Shown: positions 10,633-21,383, counted from the stretch's first letter. The stretch: DNA of 64,000 nucleotides from Candidatus Bathyarchaeota archaeon (GCA_963811105.1 CAWEPZ010000011.1:1248001-1312000); one strand, 5' to 3'. Notes: generated from the letters alone by a model not told the origin. Made by a program: numbers and translations.

Positions 10633-13221
10633 TTAAGGTCGTTTTCTAAGCAGAAGCATTCCTACTATAACTATGGCGACAATTATTGCGATTGTCGAGA
10701 TAGCAAAGTATAGTTCTATTGGCTGTTGGCTGCTTTGTGAGTTTATTGTTGGTGTCGGCGAAGTGGCCGGAGAATTAACTACTGTCGCGTGAGTTTCTGC
10801 GTATGAGCTGCCGTAGGAGTTGCTGCCCATGAAGGTTGCAGTAATCTTGTAATCACCTGCAATAGTAGGTGTCCAAGTGTAGCTAAAAGTGCCGCTTACG
10901 TCACTTGTTGTGTCGCCGATGTGTACAGGATTGTTGTTTGGATCAATTGCGTCGATTGAAACTGGTACTCCGTTTACGTTGGCAGGTATTAGTTGTTGCG
11001 CATATAGGTGATCCATCCATGCTGACATTGAATCGTCTGAGACACAAGGTGTGCCTGGCTGAGCTGGCGATTGATCAAGAACAGTGCCTGAGATGACTGC
11101 TTTTTGTCCTGCAGTTATTTGCATTTGTGGTGCTGAAACAGTAGTTGCGCTTTGTCCTTTACCAAAGACGTAAGTGTAGCCATCATATGCATTCGAAGCG
11201 GTAAGGTAGCCGTCAGAAACTTGTCCCGCAGACATAGCTCCGGTAATGTTCCATACTCCTTGACCTGATGTGGCGTTTATGCAATGCATTGACCAGCCTC
11301 TGGTGATTGGTTGGCTTGGTGTGTGTTCAGTTGTGTAAGTGAAGAGTTTTCCATCAGCAACTATGCCACCGGAGTTGAAAGAGTATGTGGATATGTTGCC
11401 TTGGTCAGTGTAGGGTGTTTCAAAGGGTGGAGCTGTAGCAACATAGTGCCAAGCTACTTTTCCATCTGCCCAGTTAAACGCGTAGACGCCATCATAGGAT
11501 TCACGGTAAAAGAGACCGTAAGCTGATTGCACAGCATATGCACCGAAACTGGATTGCCCCCAGGGATAATCCATCGATTGGCCTGTCCAAACTAGATTGC
11601 CTGTCTGCAAGTCAAAGCCCTCGTAGTGTCCATTCAGCATTAGCACTGCTATTTTTCCGTGGTCCGCTACGTTGCATGATCCGCTGTAAGTCCCTTCGTT
11701 CACTAATTTGCTCCACAATACGTTTCCTGATGTTAAGCTAGCTGCTGTAATGTTGGTTGCCGAAGCGACTTGAGTAGCCAATGACGTAACTGAACTTACG
11801 GTTACAGCTACACCGGCTTGGAAATCAGTAGTTGCAGGTAGGCTGCTCCATGGCCAAGTCACATTATTCAAGACCGTTAATGCGTAAGGAACTGCGTAGC
11901 CAGCTGATCCTGCACCTACAGCTCCTGTTACAGTCCAGTTGATCAAGTGATATCTATTAGAACCTTGACTGGCGCCAAGGTCTTGCACTGAGTAGAAGTA
12001 ATTGTTTGCATAGCAAGTACCAGACGTTAGTGGGGCGATTGAAACGTTCTGCACAACGCCCCCTGTGTTAGGATTGAAGGTTATCCATCTTCCGTTACCG
12101 ACGAATAGTAGGTTTACTGATAGGGTGGGTGCTGAGCTTGCTGCTCCGACTTCTTCGGTGCTGCTGCCGCTTACGAGGCTTATGGGCAAGACGATGTTAG
12201 GTGCTGCTGCTGGTGGAGAGACTGTAGGTCCGAAGGTTGTTTGTGTTTGGTATGTTGGCACGGGTTGTTCCCAGTATATTTGTCCAGTGCGCAGGTCCCA
12301 GCATTGCCATATCTGTTGAGACACGCCGTTGAAGACTTTTGTCAGTGTTTGATAGCATCTTCCAGCGTAGACTACTAGTGGATTGCCACCGCCGTTTTGT
12401 AGAGATTGGTCACCTAGAGGTCCACCGATTATCCCTGAAATGTCGCCTTGTCGTCTCCATTCTACGTGTGCAGTGTTTGGTGCCTGAACGTAGGGTATGA
12501 AATTGTAGTTGCTCATGTACGGGTTAGTGTTGTCTGGCCAGCCGTTGCCACCTCCTTCTATGCCTGTGCCTGGGGACCATCCGATGATTGAAGCCCATTC
12601 TCGGTTGTTTGGTGATACTGGTCGTGTCCAGTAATCAGTTGGAAGAGCTGCTACAGGCCAAGAAGCGACCAAGTCGTTCTGAACAGTAAGTGTAGTTACT
12701 GGAGATGTTGTAGGTTGGTAGTAAGCTGATTGTGCGATGCTGACTGTTTGCGCTCCCATAAAAGTTCCTGAGGCCACGGAGTAGTTTCCAGCTGGATAAT
12801 AGCCGCCTGGGAAGTTGAATTGCAGTTTCCATGAGCCAACTTGGTCGACTTTGTAGTTGAACCATGCAGTTGTATCACCTGGGTAGGAGTTCATAGGACC
12901 AACTGTTGTTATCGTTCCGTCCGGTTTTGTTATGGTTACCGTGTATCCTGTAAACCAGCGACCCACGAAGAGAGGTGGTTCAATCCACATGTTTACTAGC
13001 AGTTGTTGATCGAGGCCTATTGGGTTAGGCGAACAGCTCAGAAATGCGTTTACAGTAACTGATGTGTCAGGAGTTACGCCGCTAGGAAGAGTTTGTGAAG
13101 CTCCACTCTGTAAATTTTTGTATGTTTGTGCTTTTGCGGGCATCATTATTGCGATAGTTGAAGCCATCAATAGAGATATGATGAGTACAGCTAAAGCTTT
13201 ATTTTTGGTTGGTAGGTTCAT
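10633..13221 (-). CDS. Secreted, membrane-anchored PQQ-binding-like beta-propeller protein
   Basis: Signal peptide, repeated DLxTG...W blades, Ig-like ends, S/T/P linker and a C-terminal TM helix followed by RKRP. Confidence 0.85.
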   Translation of the reverse strand: MNLPTKNKALAVLIISLLMASTIAIMMPAKAQTYKNLQSGASQTLPSGVTPDTSVTVNAFLSCSPNPIGLDQQLLVNMWIEPPLFVGRWFTGYTVTITKPDGTITTVGPMNSYPGDTTAWFNYKVDQVGSWKLQFNFPGGYYPAGNYSVASGTFMGAQTVSIAQSAYYQPTTSPVTTLTVQNDLVASWPVAALPTDYWTRPVSPNNREWASIIGWSPGTGIEGGGNGWPDNTNPYMSNYNFIPYVQAPNTAHVEWRRQGDISGIIGGPLGDQSLQNGGGNPLVVYAGRCYQTLTKVFNGVSQQIWQCWDLRTGQIYWEQPVPTYQTQTTFGPTVSPPAAAPNIVLPISLVSGSSTEEVGAASSAPTLSVNLLFVGNGRWITFNPNTGGVVQNVSIAPLTSGTCYANNYFYSVQDLGASQGSNRYHLINWTVTGAVGAGSAGYAVPYALTVLNNVTWPWSSLPATTDFQAGVAVTVSSVTSLATQVASATNITAASLTSGNVLWSKLVNEGTYSGSCNVADHGKIAVLMLNGHYEGFDLQTGNLVWTGQSMDYPWGQSSFGAYAVQSAYGLFYRESYDGVYAFNWADGKVAWHYVATAPPFETPYTDQGNISTYSFNSGGIVADGKLFTYTTEHTPSQPITRGWSMHCINATSGQGVWNITGAMSAGQVSDGYLTASNAYDGYTYVFGKGQSATTVSAPQMQITAGQKAVISGTVLDQSPAQPGTPCVSDDSMSAWMDHLYAQQLIPANVNGVPVSIDAIDPNNNPVHIGDTTSDVSGTFSYTWTPTIAGDYKITATFMGSNSYGSSYAETHATVVNSPATSPTPTINSQSSQQPIELYFAISTIAIIVAIVIVGMLLLRKRP

Positions 13222-13367
13222 TTTTTCTTTTCCTCTTAAGATTTTTTTGAGAAGGTAGGAGTAACACTTAGTATTTAAAATTTGGGCATGTTGATGTTTT
13301 TATTATCAAAAGCCTAGATCAGATGCTCACAAAAGTTGAGAATGCATATTAACTGTCTCGTCACATT

Positions 13368-14516
13368 TCATAGCGAGGAGTTCCAATAGTAGATTTTTGT
13401 GTAGTTACCTTCCAGCAGAAAAATTGGATCATCATATACGATATCTAGGTTTGGAAAATAGCGGGTCAGCAAAGTCTGGGTTGTATTCCAAATTTGTGGC
13501 GATTTATCATCTGGCCCCCATAGACCCCATATTTTATCATCCGGGCTGCGCATCCCCCAACCATAGTCTTTAGGCAGAATTAGGACGTTTTGGGCTGAAT
13601 ACCCTTTAGAATTTGCATTGGATTGGATTTTACTCCAGAATTGTTTGATTGCATCGAAATGTTCTTGCCTCAAATCTCCAAAGCTATTCCCTGTAATTGT
13701 CGGATAATTAAAGACTATTACATATTTGGCGCCGTTTTCATAAGCCAGCGTCATATCGTCGTATAGTTCCTGCCCAGTTTCCAAATAAGGCTCTTTATCG
13801 TAAGTCCATGTCATTATTGCTCCCCAACTCTTGTTCTGAACTTTAGCGGCGCCTCTAACCAGAGCGATGTCTTGTGCGCGACTATTGTTCCAACCAAATT
13901 GTGAAAATAGAATATCATATCCACATTGATAATCAAACCAGTAGAGAGCGTAGTCTGAAGTAAATGTTGTAAGAGGGACAGGTCTGGTTTTGATGGTTTC
14001 TAACCCAGGCATGGTACGCCAGCTGTTTATGAGGAGATTAGCCATTTCATCGTAGTTTCCTGGTTTGTATGAAGCGAGGATGCTTGTATTAGTATCTAGT
14101 AGGCTACCGGCTGGTTCATCAAAAAAGTAAATGCCAAGAAAATAGCTGCCCCACCGTTGTTTTGCTGTATCAAGCCATGGGACCTGCCAGGGCTGGTCAA
14201 ACTTGCCAAAATAGGCAATTATGTGCAGTCCTTGGTTTACAGCGTAATCGCATATTTCATTTAGCGCCGTTTCGTTTTTGCTTACCGGTCCTGAATCCAC
14301 AACTATGAGATTTGTGTAAGTTTTCACTTTTTCTATAAGCATTTTTGCTTCTACCGTTGTATTAGAGCTAAAAGTAACGCCGACATAAACGCCGTTTTTA
14401 TTGCCTTGGATCGATGAATTTGAGGCGGGTCTCAGCGCTATGAAAAGAGCAATAGCAATTATTATGATTAGTGCAACTGCGACAACCCGCTTCACACTCT
14501 GGTACCCCTTAAACAT
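13368..14516 (-). CDS. Membrane-anchored extracellular hypothetical protein, possible TIM-barrel glycoside-hydrolase-like fold
   Basis: N-terminal TM anchor, [19 protein letters not shown] and RGAA...WG motifs. Confidence 0.7.
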   Translation of the reverse strand: MFKGYQSVKRVVAVALIIIIAIALFIALRPASNSSIQGNKNGVYVGVTFSSNTTVEAKMLIEKVKTYTNLIVVDSGPVSKNETALNEICDYAVNQGLHIIAYFGKFDQPWQVPWLDTAKQRWGSYFLGIYFFDEPAGSLLDTNTSILASYKPGNYDEMANLLINSWRTMPGLETIKTRPVPLTTFTSDYALYWFDYQCGYDILFSQFGWNNSRAQDIALVRGAAKVQNKSWGAIMTWTYDKEPYLETGQELYDDMTLAYENGAKYVIVFNYPTITGNSFGDLRQEHFDAIKQFWSKIQSNANSKGYSAQNVLILPKDYGWGMRSPDDKIWGLWGPDDKSPQIWNTTQTLLTRYFPNLDIVYDDPIFLLEGNYTKIYYWNSSL

Positions 14517-14540
14517 GAGGGCAAGACAATCATATGTACC

Positions 14541-16154
14541 TTAGCAATTTTGGCTTCTATTTAATGCTCTTTGCAGTGCAGCAACCACGTTTTGTTTACC
14601 CATGGTCAACACATAAGGACCCAGACGTGGACCTTGAGGCGCCCCCATCAAAATCTTATACAGGATCTTGAAGAAACTGCTGGGTTGGATGCTGTTATCT
14701 TTCGCTGAGTTATAGATGGCGTTTTGAATTTTGTCTGGGTCAGTTTCAGCTTCAAGCCTTGTGATTAATTCAGCAATTGCTTTCTTCTCTTCATTGGTAA
14801 GGGTCACATCGGTTTCTTTGATTTCTTCAAAGTCTCTAATCCAGTTTGAAGCGAACTCGATGCGTTGCATCAAGTTGGCATCCAGAGCTTGACCTTTTTG
14901 CAGGTAACCGTAGCTTTGAAGTTTCTCAATCACGTAATCCTGTTGGCATTCTTTAGGCGCCATTTTGACGAGAAACGCCATTAAATTATATGGCACGTGA
15001 ATGCTTATCTTCGCTGGCGGCTTCATGACACAACAGTATTCGAACAAACCTCTAAGCCGCGTAGCTTCTTTTTCGCCGATTTGCTTCTTGCCGAAATAAA
15101 CATCCTCAAGAGAATCAAGCTCATTCATGTAAGCTGGAATATCAGACACGTCCAAAGATCGGGTACCAACAAACCGTTTAAGCATCAGCAAGAGCAACGA
15201 TTGTGGAGAACCATATTGGAACCAAACCTGCGGGGTGAAAACATTGCCTGCTGATTTGGAAATCTTCTTTCCACCTTTGTCAAGGAACATCTCGTATTTA
15301 GCGTGGGAAGGCGGTTCGAAACACAGAACTTCACGGCATATTCGATCGTTGATTTTTACTGAATCAGCGATGTCTTTGCCGTAAGCTTCAAACCGGATAT
15401 CTAAGGCTTTCCAACGAGCGGCAAACTCGCCCTTCCATGTGAGTTTTCCCTCGCCCTTTTTGATGTCTGCTTCGCCTTCATGCCCGCAGCCTGCAATCAG
15501 TTGACCGCGGATTTCTAGCCCTTCACATTTATAGTGGACTTTGTCAGTTTTAGGGTTAAACGAGTAAGCCCTTGTTGTGTAGATGCGTCCGCATTTTTCG
15601 CAAACCGCAAAATAGGGCAATACTTCAGTGTAGGTGTCTTGTCCGACTTCTTCTTTTACTATTTGTCCGACTTGTTTGGCGTTAGTGAGGATAGTTCTAA
15701 CTTCGTCTAGTATGATTCCTTTCTCATAAACTTCTTTAGCTGAAAAATAGCGGTATTCAATTCCACATTTATCTAACGATTCAAGCAGAAGCGAGCTCAT
15801 GTGTTTGCCATAGCTTTCATGGCAACCAAACGGGTCAGGAATACTTGAAACAGGAAATCCAAGATATTTTCCTAAGCCCTCGTTTGAGAGCCCTGCTGGC
15901 ACCTTGCGTAGACCGTCTTTGTCATCACAATAGGCGACTAATTCCGAGTTAAATTTTTGGTCATTGAGGGCAAGCGTAACGGTGTATGAGCGTGCAGCGT
16001 CGCCTAGGCTGCCGATGTGTGGGAATCCGGAGGCGCCAAGGCCCATTTCGGTTCTGATTTTATCTGTGCTTCTGCCAAGTGATTGCTCCCTTTCAATAAC
16101 TTTTTTGGCCATCAAGTCATACCATGTGCCGCGTCCAATAGTTTCTTCACTCAT
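14541..16154 (-). CDS. lysS: Lysine--tRNA ligase, class I
   Basis: GASGFPHIGS (HIGH-like), DDKDGLRKVP, Zn-binding Cys pairs, FEAYGKD, KISKSAGN and GPRLG. Start taken at MSEETIG. Confidence 0.95.
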   Translation of the reverse strand: MSEETIGRGTWYDLMAKKVIEREQSLGRSTDKIRTEMGLGASGFPHIGSLGDAARSYTVTLALNDQKFNSELVAYCDDKDGLRKVPAGLSNEGLGKYLGFPVSSIPDPFGCHESYGKHMSSLLLESLDKCGIEYRYFSAKEVYEKGIILDEVRTILTNAKQVGQIVKEEVGQDTYTEVLPYFAVCEKCGRIYTTRAYSFNPKTDKVHYKCEGLEIRGQLIAGCGHEGEADIKKGEGKLTWKGEFAARWKALDIRFEAYGKDIADSVKINDRICREVLCFEPPSHAKYEMFLDKGGKKISKSAGNVFTPQVWFQYGSPQSLLLLMLKRFVGTRSLDVSDIPAYMNELDSLEDVYFGKKQIGEKEATRLRGLFEYCCVMKPPAKISIHVPYNLMAFLVKMAPKECQQDYVIEKLQSYGYLQKGQALDANLMQRIEFASNWIRDFEEIKETDVTLTNEEKKAIAELITRLEAETDPDKIQNAIYNSAKDNSIQPSSFFKILYKILMGAPQGPRLGPYVLTMGKQNVVAALQRALNRSQNC

Positions 16155-16225
16155 AACTACTGCCTTCAGAGACATGACTGTGCAGGGAAATAATAAAATG
16201 TTTAGAGCCAAAAAGGCTCATTGGG

Positions 16226-16564
16226 TTATTTTCTTCTTAGTGCAGCCGCAATAGCTATGAGACCTAAGACAAGCAGTATCAGCGCCACTGAGTATAACCA
16301 GCCGAAGCCGAAGACATACCACGCTGCGCCAAGAACAATCAAGCATCCTCCCATTGCCATTGTGCTAAACGCGCTACGCTCATACTTCCGCGGGTTTACA
16401 TTTCGCATTGCTGCTAAAGCTACAATCCAGATCCCGAAGAGCCCAAGTATCAAGGGCACAAATAGGGTCCAAGACAAAATGTTAGTGGCTACAAGCAATA
16501 TAGCGACAACTATGATTATGAAGAATACGCCTATGGAAAGCAGTTGCCTTCTACTTTCAGACAT
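16226..16564 (-). CDS. Small four-TM membrane protein
   Basis: 112 aa, four hydrophobic helices, last gene of the SPFH cluster. Confidence 0.8.
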   Translation of the reverse strand: MSESRRQLLSIGVFFIIIVVAILLVATNILSWTLFVPLILGLFGIWIVALAAMRNVNPRKYERSAFSTMAMGGCLIVLGAAWYVFGFGWLYSVALILLVLGLIAIAAALRRK

Positions 16565-16579
16565 TCATATGCCTTCTTC

Positions 16580-17563
16580 TTATGCTATTGTCGTACCGCA
16601 TTCTGGGCAGAACTTGGAGCCTGCAGGAATATCGTGACCGCATTTCGGACATTTTATGGTTGCTGCCGAGGGTGGAGTAAGTGAGGTTCCGCATTCAGGA
16701 CAGAATTTTGATGTAGCTGGAACATGTGCGCCGCATTTCGGACATATTACTAGTGCGGCTGTGGGGGCTTGTGCCTGAACCTGACCTTGCTGATTCATAA
16801 TTTGAGGTATCAGCACCATTCCTGTGCCTAAACCTGCACCGCCACCGCCTGATTGGCCAAGTGAGGCGGCTGCGCTCTTAACTGTTTCCATGCGTAGAAC
16901 TGTGTCAGCTGGAGTTCCTCCAGTTTTGAGCCAAAAGAGTCTTTCTCGGTATTCTGGTGTTGTGTCGATGCCTTCGAATCGCAGGTCAGTTAGTTCGATG
17001 CCTAAGCGTTTGAAGTAGTCTAGGACTGAATTCTTAACGATAATCGATGTTTCTTGGAGACGTGTGAAGACAGTTACCAGGTCATAGTGGGAGAGTTCTG
17101 CAATTATTTTTTCGTTTAGGAAGCCTCGAAGGAAGTTGTTTACATCTTCCGTTGTAAAGGCGTTTTGTCCACCGACAACTTCGTTAACGAATAATGTTGC
17201 GTCTTCGATTTTGAATAGGAATTGCCCGAACACTTGAAGTGGAGCTAACTCTGTTGTTTGTGCCCTTGTGCCCCATTTGCCGTTGAAAACTTTGGTGCTG
17301 ATGAATAGAACCGCTGCTTTAAACGGTTTGTTGCCGCCAAATCCTGCTATGCGTGTCAGCAAACTGGTAAGTAATGGCAAATTCAATGTTGTCAGTGTAT
17401 GCCTGCCAGCTCCAAAAACATCATAGGCTTTTCCATCTCGGAAGAACACCGCCATTTCGTATTCATGTACGATTAATTGTGCGCCCCATGTGATGTCTTC
17501 GTTAGGGTACTTGTAGATTATTGCATCTGGACCTGCATTAGTCCATTCTATTACTTGTGGCAT
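16580..17563 (-). CDS. SPFH (band 7) domain protein with C-terminal double zinc ribbons (YdjI-like)
   Basis: QLIVHEYEMAVFFRDGKAYDVFGAGRHTLTT N-terminus, Gly-rich linker, and two CPKCG...FCPECG repeats. Confidence 0.9.
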   Translation of the reverse strand: MPQVIEWTNAGPDAIIYKYPNEDITWGAQLIVHEYEMAVFFRDGKAYDVFGAGRHTLTTLNLPLLTSLLTRIAGFGGNKPFKAAVLFISTKVFNGKWGTRAQTTELAPLQVFGQFLFKIEDATLFVNEVVGGQNAFTTEDVNNFLRGFLNEKIIAELSHYDLVTVFTRLQETSIIVKNSVLDYFKRLGIELTDLRFEGIDTTPEYRERLFWLKTGGTPADTVLRMETVKSAAASLGQSGGGGAGLGTGMVLIPQIMNQQGQVQAQAPTAALVICPKCGAHVPATSKFCPECGTSLTPPSAATIKCPKCGHDIPAGSKFCPECGTTIA

Positions 17564-17564
17564 T

Positions 17565-18101
17565 TTAATTCGCTCCTAAGATTACTTCATTACGTTTATC
17601 AAACGTATCTTCCAAACTTTCAAGTTTGTCAGTTACATTTTGAACCCTCGTTTTTAGGTCTGCAGTATTCCCAGTCGATAGGTCTGCTTTAAAGGAGTCG
17701 ATTTCAGTAGCCAATGCATTGATGCCTTCAAGAAGCTTATTGTCGAAATCTATCATGTTGTCAAGGTTTTCCTCTTTAACTTTGACAGCATCAAAAAAGC
17801 CGCTGTAACCATAAGAAGCATGATTAACTTTCTCAACTACGCGATCCATCTTTGCTAATAGACGATCCATATCAACCATAACGTCGAAGTAACGACGGTC
17901 AGCCAACTTTTGTGAGATTTCTCTAAGATCATTTTTGGCCGTGGACAATTGAAAGGTCAGATGATTTCTGACTAATCTGTCACTTTCACGACGAATTTCT
18001 TTCTCTTTGTAGCCGCGAAAACCTGGAACAAAAGCGGCTATGCGCTCAGAAAGGCGCATTTGACCTTTTACGTCTGAATATACATCGCTTTTCTCACTCA
18101 T
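17565..18101 (-). CDS. Conserved alpha-helical hypothetical protein
   Basis: PGFRGYKEKEIRRESD and YGYSGFFD motifs, heptad-rich, 1 bp upstream of the SPFH gene. Confidence 0.8.
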   Translation of the reverse strand: MSEKSDVYSDVKGQMRLSERIAAFVPGFRGYKEKEIRRESDRLVRNHLTFQLSTAKNDLREISQKLADRRYFDVMVDMDRLLAKMDRVVEKVNHASYGYSGFFDAVKVKEENLDNMIDFDNKLLEGINALATEIDSFKADLSTGNTADLKTRVQNVTDKLESLEDTFDKRNEVILGAN

Positions 18102-18176
18102 TTTACATATCCGCCTTTTTTTAATATTCGTTGTAAATAAGGAGTCGCTTTTAAAGTTTTTCAGAGCAAAACATAC

Positions 18177-18923
18177 TTAGAATCTTGAAGCAGGTATGTC
18201 GCCTTTTAAAGCTGTTCCAGCGGTTCCTTCAATTAATAACTGGTAATCTTTACCTTTGTAGTCGTATTTTATGAACCAGACAGGGGCATGCAGATAAACA
18301 ATTTGTTTGAGGGTAACTTCCGTGTTTATTTCAACTATTCTATCTACATCTTGTTCAAGAAGGAAACGGTGGTGATCCTCGATTCCTTGCTTAGCAATGT
18401 TTAGGGCATCTTCACGGTCTATTTCGCTGTTTAAGAGCTTTGCAAAGCCTTCGATTTTGCGAAAGTCAAAAGGGATTTTTCCTTCTAATGGAATGTCGTA
18501 TTCATGTGTGGGGAAGTCTGAAGCTTCCCGTGCCAAAACTAGCCAATCATATTCCTTGGAGATTGTGCCTTCCTTAACTATGGCGGGAGCTATGCGTTCA
18601 AATATCCCTTTGTAAGTGCTCTTAGCCTCTGCAGAAACCACCCAGAAGGGTAAATAAACCAATTCTTTTGAATCGATCTTTGATTTCTTAGCCAGATCGC
18701 CTGGTTTTAAAAAGCCGCCACTCATCCAAGAATGAATCCGATCATCTATACTTTTCTCGTCAAACTTGTTAAGAATAAGCGAATGCTCAAATGTGAATGT
18801 TTGACCAGTTTCGATAACGGTTGTAAATCCACAGTATTTGCATGTAGCAATTATCTCTCCTGGTTTAAACTCGACTGGAGCGCCGCAGTGGCTACAACGG
18901 ATTTCTTGGGCTACCGCATTCAT
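18177..18923 (-). CDS. Zinc-ribbon protein (YdjG-like)
   Basis: CSHCGA...TCKYCG, LVYLPFW and APVWFIKYDYKGKDY...G. Confidence 0.75.
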   Translation of the reverse strand: MNAVAQEIRCSHCGAPVEFKPGEIIATCKYCGFTTVIETGQTFTFEHSLILNKFDEKSIDDRIHSWMSGGFLKPGDLAKKSKIDSKELVYLPFWVVSAEAKSTYKGIFERIAPAIVKEGTISKEYDWLVLAREASDFPTHEYDIPLEGKIPFDFRKIEGFAKLLNSEIDREDALNIAKQGIEDHHRFLLEQDVDRIVEINTEVTLKQIVYLHAPVWFIKYDYKGKDYQLLIEGTAGTALKGDIPASRF

Positions 18924-18925
18924 GG

Positions 18926-20308
18926 TTAAAGCCTCAAATGTTCACGTTTCAAGATTTCTCTTGCAACGATTACTCCTGATGCTGAAGCTTGAATTAAGCC
19001 TCGTGTTACGCCTGCGCCATCGCCGATGGTGAACATATTTTGGATTTTGGTTTCCAATGTATTGGTTAGTTGGAGGTGGGATGAATAGAACTTGACTTCA
19101 ACGCCGTACAATAGCGTTTCCGGTGAAGCAACGCCAGGCGCGATTTTGTCTAGTGCTTGAAGCATTTCCCGTATGTCAGCCAAGTAGCGGTAGGGTAGAA
19201 CAAAGCTTAAGTCGCCTGGAGTGGCATTTTTCAACGTCGGTGTTACGACGCTGTGAGATAACCGTTCGGGTGTGGACCGACGTCCATGATTTAGGTCGCC
19301 TAAACGCTGAACCATTACGCCTCCACTTAAGAGATTTGAAAGGCGGGCAACATATTTGCCATACGCGATAGGTTCTTTGAATGGCTCAGTAAATGAGGTG
19401 CTGACTAGGATAGCGAAGTTGGTGTTGTTCGTTCTTGTTTCAGCGTGGCTTCCGCCGTTAACAGTTAAGACACCATCGTACGATTCAGTAGTGACTTCGC
19501 CGTATGGGGAAACACAGAAGGTACGAACCATGTCGTCAAAATCGCGTGAGAAATACACCAATTTAGGCTCGTAGAGCGCTTTTGTCAGTTTTTCCATGAC
19601 AGAAGCCAAGAGCTCAACCCTCACGCCGATGTCAACTGGGTTGTTTACAGTTTTTAACCCGCGGATTTGCGCTTCGGTTTGGAGCCATTCTGCCCCGCTT
19701 CTGCCAGGAGCGATTATCACGTATTTAGCGAGGAATTTTTCACCGGTTACGGTTTCGACTCCTTGGATGTTGTGGTTTTCAGCGATTAATCCCTTCACTT
19801 CGGTTTTCGGTAGAAAAGTGATTTTGCCGTTGAGTTCTTTGCGCATTCGCTGGAGGGTTTCAAGACACTTGTCAGTTCCCATGTGTCTTACTTCTTGCTT
19901 GATAAGTTTTAGACCTGCAAGTGATGCTTGGTGTTCAATTTCGTCTATTTCCTTGTTTTCTCCGCCGTAGACTTGTTCGCTTGCGCCGAATTTGAGGTAG
20001 ATACTGTCGACGTATTTTACTAGGTCGTGGAGTTCTTGAGTTGAGATGTACTGGTTTAGCCACCCGCCGACTTCGGTGGACAAAGTTAGTTTGCCGTCAC
20101 TGTAAGCACCTGCGCCGCCCCAGCCAGAGAGAACTGAACAGGGTTCGCAGTGGACACATTCAAAGCCTCGGCTTGAAGGGCATTTGCGTTTGTCAATGTC
20201 TAGCCCGCGATCTAGGATTAAGACGTTAAGATTTGTTTTCTCGGTTAGTTCTAGCGCTGAGAAGATGCCTGCTGGTCCTGCTCCTACAATTATTACATCA
20301 TATTTCAT
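18926..20308 (-). CDS. NAD(P)/FAD-dependent oxidoreductase (uncharacterized FAD-dependent dehydrogenase family)
   Basis: YDVIIVGAGPAG, GWGGAGAYSDGKL, VRTFC and GDGAGVTRGL. Confidence 0.9.
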   Translation of the reverse strand: MKYDVIIVGAGPAGIFSALELTEKTNLNVLILDRGLDIDKRKCPSSRGFECVHCEPCSVLSGWGGAGAYSDGKLTLSTEVGGWLNQYISTQELHDLVKYVDSIYLKFGASEQVYGGENKEIDEIEHQASLAGLKLIKQEVRHMGTDKCLETLQRMRKELNGKITFLPKTEVKGLIAENHNIQGVETVTGEKFLAKYVIIAPGRSGAEWLQTEAQIRGLKTVNNPVDIGVRVELLASVMEKLTKALYEPKLVYFSRDFDDMVRTFCVSPYGEVTTESYDGVLTVNGGSHAETRTNNTNFAILVSTSFTEPFKEPIAYGKYVARLSNLLSGGVMVQRLGDLNHGRRSTPERLSHSVVTPTLKNATPGDLSFVLPYRYLADIREMLQALDKIAPGVASPETLLYGVEVKFYSSHLQLTNTLETKIQNMFTIGDGAGVTRGLIQASASGVIVAREILKREHLRL

Positions 20309-20473
20309 GGGCACTCTCTCCGTTGGAACCCAAAAGTAGATGCAATAAGTGGCATATATCTGTTAGTGCGTTTAGGTATAAATGCAGATTCACTGTGCCT
20401 TTTTGCTTTTGTCGCATAGGTGTTTTTAAGATATATCTAAACAACATTTATAATAGAAAAAAATCAGTAATAT

Positions 20474-20983
20474 ATGAAGAAAAAGATGACTGACAATTCA
20501 AAAACTGAAAACATTGATGCATTTATTTCTGATTTCTCGCGCTTCTACATACTTACCATACTCTACGAAGGACCAGCTCATGGTTATAGTATAATAAGCA
20601 GGTTTAAAAAAAGAGTCAAGAAAGAAGTAAGCCCCAGCCTAGTTTACCCCTTTCTACAACAGCTTGAGGAGAAAGGTTTAGTTAATCACACAAAAAGGCC
20701 AGTAGGCGAAAAAGAAAGAAACATTTTTGAGTTAACACAATCAGGAAGAGAGTTATGCACTGAACTTTTCAAACGCTTTGCAGAGCTAGTATCAATCGCC
20801 ATAGAACCCAGCCTCTACGTTTGCGCCCACTGCGGATGCAAAGTCTACGAAGGCGGCTACAGAGAAATCATCGATAGCAAGGATACTGCATTCTGCTGCA
20901 TACATTGCGCCGACTCTTATAAACAGTCAAAGAATCTGGCTAAACAATTAAATGCCTCTGAAAAACAAGAAAAGTATAGCTGA
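20474..20983 (+). CDS. PadR-family transcriptional regulator with C-terminal Cys-rich (TRASH-like) domain
   Basis: HGYSII...SLVYPFLQQLEEKGLV...FELTQSG, then CAHCGC...FCCIHC. Confidence 0.85.
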   Translation: MKKKMTDNSKTENIDAFISDFSRFYILTILYEGPAHGYSIISRFKKRVKKEVSPSLVYPFLQQLEEKGLVNHTKRPVGEKERNIFELTQSGRELCTELFKRFAELVSIAIEPSLYVCAHCGCKVYEGGYREIIDSKDTAFCCIHCADSYKQSKNLAKQLNASEKQEKYS

Positions 20984-21025
20984 AGTTTTTCTTGAATTAA
21001 TATAAAAAGAGCCTTTTGAAGACCA

Positions 21026-21304
21026 CTAGTCTTTTATCGCTTCTATGAAACTCATAACGTTCCAGAGCTTAACCCGTGTGTAGGCCGGCATATTTGGGTC
21101 TTGCAAAATCTCATCGAGAAGAGAAACAGCATTTGAAGCACGCACCGCCGGTGTAAATTCACCGCTTTGCAATGTGTTTATTGCATCCTTTGCTGAGCGT
21201 CTAATGTTTCTAGGCGTTGTACTGTCTTCAGAAATTTCCGCAAGGACTGTTAACGCTTGCTGAATTTTAGCTTCATATTCTTCGGCTTTTTTCTTTCGAA
21301 CCAT
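21026..21304 (-). CDS. UPF0147 family protein
   Basis: DSTTPRNIRR, DEILQDPNMPAYTRVKLW. Start at MVRKKK rather than the longer ORF call. Confidence 0.9.
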   Translation of the reverse strand: MVRKKKAEEYEAKIQQALTVLAEISEDSTTPRNIRRSAKDAINTLQSGEFTPAVRASNAVSLLDEILQDPNMPAYTRVKLWNVMSFIEAIKD

Positions 21305-21383
21305 AAATATATACGACCTATTGCAGTTTTTTGCAGCAAGCCAGTTATATAAGTAATCATACGTATTTACTTTGGGGTCCTGA

